Shown: one piece after another, positions 8,820 to 16,618 of the stretch
Numbering within the stretch: position 1 is the stretch's first letter
Layout: each line of letters opens with the position of its first letter
Origin: Candidatus Falkowbacteria bacterium
GTDB taxonomy: Bacteria; Patescibacteriota; Patescibacteriia; Patescibacteriales; UBA12075
Length of the DNA stretch: 64,000 nucleotides
Assembly: GCA_043801965.1 (NCBI GenBank)
Contig: JAZDLN010000029.1
Coordinates: 1,587-65,586 of the forward strand
Direction: 5' to 3'
Translations under genes and position numbers: made by a program
Notes under the pieces: generated by a model
What the model saw: the letters and a program-made list of their open reading frames with translations, nothing else
The model's database searches: none
What the model was told of the DNA's origin: nothing

Positions 8820-10340
8820 CTAAATCTCCTTCGGCCGATACTGCAAAGCTTCGGCTACATGCTCCGAATGGACTTTTTCGCTTAGAGAAAGGTCGGCGAT
8901 CGTGCGGGCGAGTTTTAATATCCGGAAATAGGCCCGAGCCGACAGGTGCATGGATTCAACAGCGTTTTTTAGAAGCGTTTTCGAGAAATCGTCCAGAGGA
9001 CAAAAATTTTTAACCGCCTCGGAGGTCATTTCCGAGTTAGCGACAAAAGACGTGCCCTTGAATCGCGATTCCTGGATCCGCCTGGCGGCCTCAACCCTCT
9101 TTTTTATGTCCTCCGATCTTTCGCCGCTGCTTGCCGCCGCTAATTTGTCGAACTTTACCCGGGGAACCTCGATGTGGATATCGATCCGGTCGATAATCGG
9201 TCCGGAAATCTTTTTTTTGTAGTTCATTACCTGCATAGGCGAACAAACGCAATTTTTTTCCCGGTCGCCGAGATAACCGCAGGGACAGGGATTCATGGCG
9301 GACACCAGAATGAATTTCGCCGGAAAACTCAGATTGCCCGCGGCCCGGCTGACGTGGATCACGCCGTCTTCAAGCGGCTGGCGCAGGTTTTCCAAAACCG
9401 GCCGCGGAAATTCGGAAAATTCGTCGAGAAAAAGAACGCCACGATGCGCCAATGAAATCTCTCCGGGCCGGGGCCAGGCTCCGCCTCCAACCAAAGCCAC
9501 CCCGGAGGCGGTGTGGTGCGGAGAGCGGAAGGGACGGCTGGTAACCAGGGACGACCCGGCAGGAAGATAACCGGCTACCGAATAGATCTTGGTTATTTCC
9601 AGGGCTTCCGGCAAGGTTAAATTAGGGAGGATCCCTGGCATAGTGCGGGCGATCAGGGTTTTGCCGGACCCCGGAGGCCCGCTCATCATCATGTTATGCG
9701 CCCCGGCCGCAGCTATTTCCATGGCGCGCTTGACGTGTTCTTGGCCGCGTATATGGGACATATCGAAAATAATTTCGCTATTGACGAAATCAAAATCGCT
9801 TCCGGGAATCGGCTCTATCGCACTTTCCCCCTCTAGGTGGCGTACGACCTGATTAAGGTCGTTTACCGGCATAACCTCTATATCTCCCACCAGCTTCGCT
9901 TCCCGCGCGTTGGCGGCCGGAACAAAAAGGGTCTTTATGCCGTTCTTCGACGCCCTAAGCGCGACCGGCAGGATACCGTTAACCGGCCGTAAATCCCCGT
10001 TTAAGGCTAGCTCGCCGACAAAAAGCATGGCGGAATGATCGTCTTTCATGTGAAGCTTTCCGGTGGCGATCAGGACGGAGATGGCAATCGGCAGATCATA
10101 GCTCGGACCGTGTTTTTTAAGGTCGGCAGGAGCCAGGTTGACGGTTATTTTATTGCTATTCAAGCGGGAGTGGGAATTCTTGATCGCGCTCCGGACGCGC
10201 TCGCGCGATTCGCTCACGGCCGCGTCGGGCAGTCCGACAATCGAAAAAATACCGTGTTCGCCTCCGCCGCGGTCAGCTTCGACCTCGACAATTTCGGCCT
10301 CAAGGCCGATAACGGCGGCCGATAATACTTTCGAGCTCAT
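8820..10340 (-). CDS. comM: YifB/ComM family Mg-chelatase-like AAA+ ATPase
   Basis: N-terminal Lon-like domain, Walker A MSGPPGSGKTLIAR, Walker B GVLFLDEFSEF, and a C-terminal ChlI-type region. Confidence 0.9.
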   Translation of the reverse strand: MSSKVLSAAVIGLEAEIVEVEADRGGGEHGIFSIVGLPDAAVSESRERVRSAIKNSHSRLNSNKITVNLAPADLKKHGPSYDLPIAISVLIATGKLHMKDDHSAMLFVGELALNGDLRPVNGILPVALRASKNGIKTLFVPAANAREAKLVGDIEVMPVNDLNQVVRHLEGESAIEPIPGSDFDFVNSEIIFDMSHIRGQEHVKRAMEIAAAGAHNMMMSGPPGSGKTLIARTMPGILPNLTLPEALEITKIYSVAGYLPAGSSLVTSRPFRSPHHTASGVALVGGGAWPRPGEISLAHRGVLFLDEFSEFPRPVLENLRQPLEDGVIHVSRAAGNLSFPAKFILVSAMNPCPCGYLGDREKNCVCSPMQVMNYKKKISGPIIDRIDIHIEVPRVKFDKLAAASSGERSEDIKKRVEAARRIQESRFKGTSFVANSEMTSEAVKNFCPLDDFSKTLLKNAVESMHLSARAYFRILKLARTIADLSLSEKVHSEHVAEALQYRPKEI

Positions 10341-10545
10341 AAAAATTTGAGAATTATTAACAAAATTAATTTGATTATATCATAGTGGCGATGAAGAAAA
10401 GATAAAAAAAATATAAAGAAAACATAAAATCCTTTTATTTTTCCAGCCAAATCGAACAACTAAATAATAATATTACCTTAATAACCCCGTTCAAATGTGG
10501 TAAAATAACTATAACTGTGGATAATCTTTGATTTTTACCAAAACC

Positions 10546-11685
10546 ATGTTTTCTAATTTTAAAAAAATTATTTTCATTTTTTCGGCCGCATACGTCCTCT
10601 TCGGGGTTTTTTCCGCTTCTCTGGCAACGGAAAACACTGAACTTCTGCCAATTAACCGGAAAGAGCGCGCCCAAAACACCTTAAAACGAAACGAATTGAT
10701 ACGACAATACGGCGAATCCGAATTTTATCGCTGTTTCGGCTGTTCCGGCGAAAAGTTAAATAATCCGTTCGCCGTGGAAGCATGCCTCTTTGAGACTGAA
10801 TATTGCCTTAAAAAGATTGCCTTGCCCGAACCGAATTGCCGGGAGGGATTGGTTTTTTCGGTCGGGAGATGCATAACGCCTGATCGCGGCTGCCGAGAGC
10901 GTTTTGGGGAAAACGGCTACTATCTCGGGTTTGAAGAAGAGAATAATTATGCCTGCGGCTGCCGAAACGGCTATAGTTGGAATAACGATAAAAGCCTCTG
11001 CGTCCAAACCGCCTGCCCCGATAACTATATTTATTACAGTCCTTATCGCGACTCTGACGGTGGCGTTCTTTTCGGCCGTTGTCTCGACCGGGATGACGCC
11101 TGCCGCGGCGAATTCGGCGATAACGGCATTTTTTACGGTCTGGGCCCGGATGGCGGATATCTTTGCGGCTGCGCCGCCGGCTGGGAATGGAATAAAACAA
11201 AAACCGCCTGCTCTGAAGCTGTTACCGTTAAAGGCATAGCGGCCTCGTTTGAAGACGAGACCGCGTACTTCGATACTGTGTCCAGGGAAAAGGCCGCCCT
11301 TCTCCGACCGGACAGCGACCTGGCGGAACGCCTCCGCGGCCGCATTCTTCTGCAGGTCGAAGAGAATGGCGAAGCCTGGTACGTGGATCCCGGCGGCCGA
11401 AAACGCTATTTTCTCCATTCTCCCGCCAGAGCTTTCACGGTCATGCGCTCCCTGGGATTGGGCGCCACCCACGACTTTCTGACCGCTCATGTCGCCTCTT
11501 ACCCGGATCACGTGCTCGGGAAAATACTTATTGACGTCGATGATCTCGGCCGCGCCTATTATATAAATCCCGGAGACCGCCTGGCTTATTATCTGGGAAG
11601 CCCCGCCGAGGCATTTACGGTTATGAGAAATTTAGGGCTGGGAATAAACAATAAGGACATCAGAAAACTCGAAATGGGAGATTAA
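10546..11685 (+). CDS. Secreted Cys-rich protein with two EGF-like units and two C-terminal 'GEAWYV' modules
   Basis: Signal peptide MFSNFKKIIFIFSAAYVLFGVFSASLA from the ATG at 10546. Duplicated unit C-R-x-x-F-G-x-N-G...C-G-C-x-x-G-[YW]-x-W-N. Two ~55-aa C-terminal repeats (11320-11682) are shared with the 923-aa protein at 47873..50644. Confidence 0.7.
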   Translation: MFSNFKKIIFIFSAAYVLFGVFSASLATENTELLPINRKERAQNTLKRNELIRQYGESEFYRCFGCSGEKLNNPFAVEACLFETEYCLKKIALPEPNCREGLVFSVGRCITPDRGCRERFGENGYYLGFEEENNYACGCRNGYSWNNDKSLCVQTACPDNYIYYSPYRDSDGGVLFGRCLDRDDACRGEFGDNGIFYGLGPDGGYLCGCAAGWEWNKTKTACSEAVTVKGIAASFEDETAYFDTVSREKAALLRPDSDLAERLRGRILLQVEENGEAWYVDPGGRKRYFLHSPARAFTVMRSLGLGATHDFLTAHVASYPDHVLGKILIDVDDLGRAYYINPGDRLAYYLGSPAEAFTVMRNLGLGINNKDIRKLEMGD

Positions 11686-11761
11686 ACAGACTCTTCATAT
11701 AACAGCAATACCGCCGGAAGAACCGGCGGTATTTTTTATTCAAAATATGATATCTTTAATC

Positions 11762-12211
11762 TTATTTTTTATTGTCGTATTCTTCCCAAAATTGAGCGAC
11801 TGCTTCAGTGTAATACTTAATCGTCCGAGCCCGTCCCTCGATCACGTCCGGAGAATCGCTCTTGTCCGGCCTAAGATAAATCGTCCTGGTACCCTTGACG
11901 TAGCAACCGTCAAGGTTCAGGCCCTCGATAAAACTTTTCGAATCGATCCTCTGATCGGCTATTATGCAATTTTTTTCGCTCACGCGATCGACGAACGTGC
12001 ATAGATTACGATAAGCCGTCCGATCGGTCTTTCCTAAATATCTGATGGCCGCCTTTATCGTCTCCTTGTTGCCGCTCACGATGTCGCCGTCAATATTCAG
12101 ATAGCACCCCCCGAACGGATCTAAATAATTGACGATGTTTACCGTCAGGTAAATTCCGGCCAAAAGGATGAGAAAAAGAAAAAAAAGCGTAAAGAGTGTT
12201 TTTATATACAT
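11762..12211 (-). CDS. Membrane-anchored hypothetical protein, HExxH-less paralogue of 12215..12682
   Basis: N-terminal TM segment. Aligns by eye with its neighbour: IKAAIRYLGKTDRTAYRNLCTFVDRV versus IKEGIKVLKHAVPDEYKKLCAYVDKI. Confidence 0.55.
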   Translation of the reverse strand: MYIKTLFTLFFLFLILLAGIYLTVNIVNYLDPFGGCYLNIDGDIVSGNKETIKAAIRYLGKTDRTAYRNLCTFVDRVSEKNCIIADQRIDSKSFIEGLNLDGCYVKGTRTIYLRPDKSDSPDVIEGRARTIKYYTEAVAQFWEEYDNKK

Positions 12212-12214
12212 AAG

Positions 12215-12682
12215 TCAATAAACTACCGTGCTATTCAGCACGTAATCGCCTATACCGTAACATTCGGTTTCGTTAAAGGGGCGGCCCTCTTCGTGCTGGA
12301 CGGCGTGGCAGGTTTCGTGGGCGATAACCGCCGCGGTCCAGCCTAAAAAACCGTCATAAACAGTGCTGATATCTATTTCCCGGGTTGGCGCCTTTCCCGA
12401 TATATAGCAGCCTCCGCCTAAGCCGCCGCAGGAATAGTTCGGATTGATCTTGTCGACGTAAGCGCACAGCTTTTTATATTCATCGGGAACAGCGTGCTTA
12501 AGTACCTTTATGCCCTCTTTGATGTTGCCGTTCGACCATTCGGTCAGTGATGGCTTAAGCCTGATCAGGCACTTATTACCGGGATCGTAATAGAAAAAAA
12601 ATTTATAGATGAGCGCTCCGGTCAGTAAAAGAAGGAAGAATATTTTTATTGATTTTTTCAGGGCTTTTGGCATAAAAACCAC
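12215..12682 (-). CDS. Membrane-anchored putative zinc metallopeptidase-like protein (HExxH)
   Basis: N-terminal TM segment and AVIAHETCHAVQHEEG, which contains H-E-x-x-H. It lies in tandem with a paralogue. Confidence 0.5.
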   Translation of the reverse strand: MVFMPKALKKSIKIFFLLLLTGALIYKFFFYYDPGNKCLIRLKPSLTEWSNGNIKEGIKVLKHAVPDEYKKLCAYVDKINPNYSCGGLGGGCYISGKAPTREIDISTVYDGFLGWTAAVIAHETCHAVQHEEGRPFNETECYGIGDYVLNSTVVY

Positions 12683-12694
12683 GCCTTAGACCGG

Positions 12695-13915
12695 TCATGA
12701 AACTATAGATCGATCATATTTGGCGGAAAAACTTAATATGAACGTAGCCACGCCCGCGGCGACCATAGTGATTATCATGGCCGCGGACGGTACAGTATCG
12801 GTAAAAGATAAAACCAGAAGAAAAAATATGACAACGAAGATCCTTCCCGCGAACATGTATAACTCCCTGTTCATTATGGCGTTATAATAATCGTCGCGGG
12901 AAGTAAACTTATAAAATCCGGCTTCAAGCGGAACATGGAGAATGCTGCCGAAAATTCCGCCCATCGTCTGCCAGAGCGTCATGGCCATGACGGTCGGAGC
13001 CAGAGCCCGCATTATGACCGATGATCCGTGCCCGAGCGAACCGATAGCGATCATCTTCCGGTTGCCGGCGCGATCAGTGAATTTGCCGCTATAATAACCG
13101 ATAATACTAAAGGCCAGATTCGAGAACAGATATAAAAGCCCGATCGAGGTCAGCTTAATATCCGACAGGAACAAAAGAATGGGCCAGAAAAAAGAAATGG
13201 CGTGAAAACCGATGCCTTCGATGAAATAGATCAGGTTCTTGCCCGCGTGCTCAAAATCCAATATCCGGCCGAGGCGCATATTCGATTTCTCGACCGCGAT
13301 ATCGCGCGAAAACAGCAAGGCTCCGGCCGCCGCCAAAAGCAGAGCGGCGCTTGTAAGGAACATGGCTTTAAAGCCATATTCATCGATAAGTAAAGCGCCT
13401 AAAAAGGGGCTCATTATCCCGGCTAAGACCGGTACGCCATTTATGAAACCCGCACGGATTCCGGAATTGGCCGCTGTCGTAGTCTTGAAAAAATAGACAT
13501 GATGCGCCGTCCAATAAATTACGGTGGCCGAAACGTTGAAAACAGCGATAACAACAAGGTAGGCCGTCCGATCCATGTTAAGAAAAACGGAAGCGGCCTG
13601 GTATAAGAGCAGGTACAGGGCTATGTTAAGTATATAACTGATAATGAGCGTCCTTTTAACCCCCCAGGCCGGAATATATCTGATGGCAAAATAATGCATG
13701 ACGATCGAAGCGACGCACATGGCCAACTCCAGGAAAACCACCGCTTCGACCGTAATGCCGATCTTTAAAAGAAAAATCGGAATGAACAAAGATATCATGG
13801 CCAGAGCCAGATGGCGCAGAGTATCGGCTATGACCAGATCGTTATATTCATCTTTGAGCCAGGGGCTAAAATGCAAATGGCGGGCCAAATGAAGATGGTG
13901 ATAATGTTTGTCCAT
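12695..13915 (-). CDS. MFS-type transporter
   Basis: About 12 hydrophobic segments over 406 aa, with two-halves MFS-like organisation. Confidence 0.65.
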   Translation of the reverse strand: MDKHYHHLHLARHLHFSPWLKDEYNDLVIADTLRHLALAMISLFIPIFLLKIGITVEAVVFLELAMCVASIVMHYFAIRYIPAWGVKRTLIISYILNIALYLLLYQAASVFLNMDRTAYLVVIAVFNVSATVIYWTAHHVYFFKTTTAANSGIRAGFINGVPVLAGIMSPFLGALLIDEYGFKAMFLTSAALLLAAAGALLFSRDIAVEKSNMRLGRILDFEHAGKNLIYFIEGIGFHAISFFWPILLFLSDIKLTSIGLLYLFSNLAFSIIGYYSGKFTDRAGNRKMIAIGSLGHGSSVIMRALAPTVMAMTLWQTMGGIFGSILHVPLEAGFYKFTSRDDYYNAIMNRELYMFAGRIFVVIFFLLVLSFTDTVPSAAMIITMVAAGVATFILSFSAKYDRSIVS

Positions 13916-13981
13916 AATTAGCTTTAAGCTGTTAACTTTCTGATTTTAAGTTTTGGCTATCCCAAAAACCGACGCTACGCC

Positions 13982-14689
13982 CTAAAACACCGGGTCGTCG
14001 AAAAGCCTCGACTTGATGACCTCGATATCCAGTTCATATTTTTTAGTCAGCGACACCACCAGATCGTGTATCCAGTTTTCGGCTGTCGGGGCCACGTAGA
14101 TCTTTTCGATCAGACGGGTAACGTCTACCGGAATGAAGATGCCGCTTTTCTCCGCTTCCTTTTCGTCGTAAATAAGCGCGCGGATCTCATTTTCGTGCGC
14201 GAAGCTTTTTCTCTTATACATGAAGGGGTAGAGTTCGTTATCATCCGGCAATTTCTCTTTTTGATAATCAAGATACCTTACCCGTCCGATATGGACGGCC
14301 GGCCGATGATCGTTTTCGAAACAACCGATAAGCTTTCCGAAAGTTGATCTGATGGCGATCCCTTCGTTGCTCTTAAGGTAAAGATCCCACATAGCGGCTG
14401 ATTCATGCTCGTTCTCGTGCCAGCAGTTCAAAAAAACCGACTCCCGGATCTTCTTGTAATTATCGTATAGACGCTGCCGCCCCGGATCGATCGCGCTCCC
14501 TATGACCGGCCGATGGATCTTTCCGAACTTTCCGTAAATACCCTCGTGCGGATCGGGAAGCATGTCGGAACGAGCGAAATAAAGAGATCTTGTTTCTAAA
14601 AGAGAGAGGAATTTCGTAAAATCCAGGAATTTCCAGATCGTGGCGTTGACATTCTTCGGTTGAATAAAAACGTTGTTAAACTCGGACAT
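13982..14689 (-). CDS. DUF2971-like hypothetical protein
   Basis: N-terminal FLDFTKFLSLLETRSLYFARSDMLPDPHEG resembles the DUF2971 signature. No other motif was recognised. Confidence 0.4.
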   Translation of the reverse strand: MSEFNNVFIQPKNVNATIWKFLDFTKFLSLLETRSLYFARSDMLPDPHEGIYGKFGKIHRPVIGSAIDPGRQRLYDNYKKIRESVFLNCWHENEHESAAMWDLYLKSNEGIAIRSTFGKLIGCFENDHRPAVHIGRVRYLDYQKEKLPDDNELYPFMYKRKSFAHENEIRALIYDEKEAEKSGIFIPVDVTRLIEKIYVAPTAENWIHDLVVSLTKKYELDIEVIKSRLFDDPVF

Positions 14690-14698
14690 ATGATTTTA

Positions 14699-15382
14699 TT
14701 ATGATTCCGCATGAAATTTTTTAGATTTTTTGCTGTGTTTCCTTCTCCATTCTTCTATCTTCTTGTGATTGCCCGACAACAGCACTTTCGGTACCCGGTA
14801 TTTTTTTCCCTTCGCCTCGAAAACCTCCGGCCGCGTATACTGCGGATATTCTAAAAGACCCGGCTCCGAATGCGACTCCTTCTCCGCGCTTTCTTTGTTC
14901 CCGAGAACGCCGGGCAATAAACGGGCGACGGAATCGACCATGATCATGGCCGGGATCTCACCGCCGGTAAGCACGTAATCACCGATCGATATCTCTTCAT
15001 CGATGAATTTCGTCACTCGCTCGTCCACGCCTTCATAACGGCCGCATACCAGGATGACATCCCGTAATTTCGCGTATTTCCTCGCCTGACGCTGGTTCCA
15101 GGTTTTGCCCTTGGCGGACAAAAGGACGATTTTAAATTTCCCCCCCTCGACGTTACGCTTAATATCATTTATTGCCCTATAAAGCGGGTCTGTCTTCATG
15201 ACCATTCCGGCCCCTCCCCCGTAGGGTGTGTCATCGACGGTCCTGTGCTTGTCATCCGTCCAATCGCGCAGATCATATATTTTAATCCCGATCAGATTAT
15301 TTTTTTGCGCCCGCTTAAGTATCGACTCGTTAAAATATGAATCGAAAATTCCGGGAAATATCGTAATTATATGGAATGTCAT
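14699..15382 (-). CDS. trmD: tRNA (guanine37-N1)-methyltransferase
   Basis: [37 protein letters not shown] and [24 protein letters not shown]. Confidence 0.95.
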   Translation of the reverse strand: MTFHIITIFPGIFDSYFNESILKRAQKNNLIGIKIYDLRDWTDDKHRTVDDTPYGGGAGMVMKTDPLYRAINDIKRNVEGGKFKIVLLSAKGKTWNQRQARKYAKLRDVILVCGRYEGVDERVTKFIDEEISIGDYVLTGGEIPAMIMVDSVARLLPGVLGNKESAEKESHSEPGLLEYPQYTRPEVFEAKGKKYRVPKVLLSGNHKKIEEWRRKHSKKSKKFHAES

Positions 15383-15427
15383 AACTTGATGTTTCTGGTT
15401 GAATACTTAATATATTATACCACAAAA

Positions 15428-15460
15428 ATCAAAAACCACAGCATAACTGTGGTTTTTGAT
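15428..15460. terminator. Intrinsic terminator downstream of the KH-domain gene (functional on the minus strand)
   Basis: Perfect 14-bp stem ATCAAAAACCACAG-N5-CTGTGGTTTTTGAT with T-rich flanks on both strands. Confidence 0.7.
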
Positions 15461-15479
15461 TTATTTGATTTGTTTGATA

Positions 15480-15812
15480 TTAAATCTTCAGATCGTCAAC
15501 GCTGGTGGTATCGACTTCAGCGGTAGCGCGTTCGCGACGCGGCGGCCTTTGCGATCCTTCGGGTTCGTTGATCTTTAAATTGACCCGGGCGTTGTTTTTA
15601 GCACCTACGATTTTAAGTAAAGTGCGTATGGCCTGCGCAGTTTGACCTCTGCGACCGATTACATAACCCATATCAGCCGGGTTAATCGATAACGATAAAA
15701 GAACACCTCTTTCATCTACTACTCTTTCCGTAGTGACATCGTTAGGATTGGCTACGATGGATTTGACTACGAATTCCAGGAAATCCTGGTCCTGTGCTTT
15801 GTCAGCAGCCAT
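15480..15812 (-). CDS. KH-domain RNA-binding protein (YlqC/UPF0109-like)
   Basis: VIGRRGQTAQAIRTLLKIVG is a GxxG KH motif. The gene lies between rpsP and trmD, as in many bacteria. Confidence 0.85.
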   Translation of the reverse strand: MAADKAQDQDFLEFVVKSIVANPNDVTTERVVDERGVLLSLSINPADMGYVIGRRGQTAQAIRTLLKIVGAKNNARVNLKINEPEGSQRPPRRERATAEVDTTSVDDLKI

Positions 15813-16044
15813 AAGGTTGCGATTTCTTGCAAATTGATAATCTAGAATATTCTATAATATCAAATTTGAAAGACCTCGTTAATTAATTATTCATAACCCG
15901 CTTATTAAATAAAATGGCGGATTATTTATATAATCTGTCGCCGGTCCTTAAATTTGGGAATCGGCTTGACTATACTTTATATAATATCACAATATATATA
16001 TTTTGTCAAATAAAAACTAAATATATTTACTTTTTTATTTAATA

Positions 16045-16425
16045 TTAGCTTTTATTTTCAGCAATTTCTGTTTTTTCTTCCGGTTTATCCTCTGTCTTGA
16101 CTTCAGCAACCGGCTTAGAAGCTTCCTTGGCAGCCGCCCTGGCTGCTTCAGCCGCTTTTTTACCGGAACCAGAGGCTATAACCTTTTTGCCCGTTATTAG
16201 TCCTTTATCTATTAAAAGATTGTTAACAGTCGGCGACATACCAGAGCCTTTACTTAACCAATATTCTATCCGCTCTTTATGAGCCTGTAATTCCTTAGTA
16301 AACGGATTGTATGAACCCAATATTTCCAAAGAACGCCCATACGGATCTCTGGATTTTTCTGAAATTATCAGGCGATACATCGGCTTTTTCCTTTTTCCGA
16401 TTCTTGAAAGTCTTATAGTTAGCAT
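16045..16425 (-). CDS. rpsP: 30S ribosomal protein S16 with an A/K/E-rich C-terminal tail
   Basis: MLTIRLSRIGKRKKPMYRLIISEKSRDPYGRSLEILGSYNP. Confidence 0.95.
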   Translation of the reverse strand: MLTIRLSRIGKRKKPMYRLIISEKSRDPYGRSLEILGSYNPFTKELQAHKERIEYWLSKGSGMSPTVNNLLIDKGLITGKKVIASGSGKKAAEAARAAAKEASKPVAEVKTEDKPEEKTEIAENKS

Positions 16426-16618
16426 AAAAATGCGTATTTTTATTAATAATTAAGCTTATTTGAATATTAGCTGATATTATAGAAATTGTCAATATAAAGT
16501 ATTGCAACCGCTAATCGTTGACTAGTTGATTGACTTAAATATCTAACTGTGGGAAAATTCATTGAAAACAGGTTAAATTAACGGACCTTGAAAATTAAAT
16601 AAACTTAAGGCGGGGGAC

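Noticed and set aside
10516-10524. TGTGGATAA, a perfect DnaA-box complement, plus TTATCCACT at about 57046-57054, as a possible replication origin
   Set aside because: These are isolated single boxes far apart. No cluster, AT-rich unwinding element, dnaA or dnaN is nearby. The 10516 site reads better as an extended -10 promoter (TGgATAAT) for the gene starting at 10546.
10756-11511. 251-aa antisense ORF, plus several others, overlapping the Cys-rich secreted protein gene
   Set aside because: It is an open antisense frame in a GC-richer gene, with no start context. The sense frame has a signal peptide, internal repeats and modules shared with another protein.
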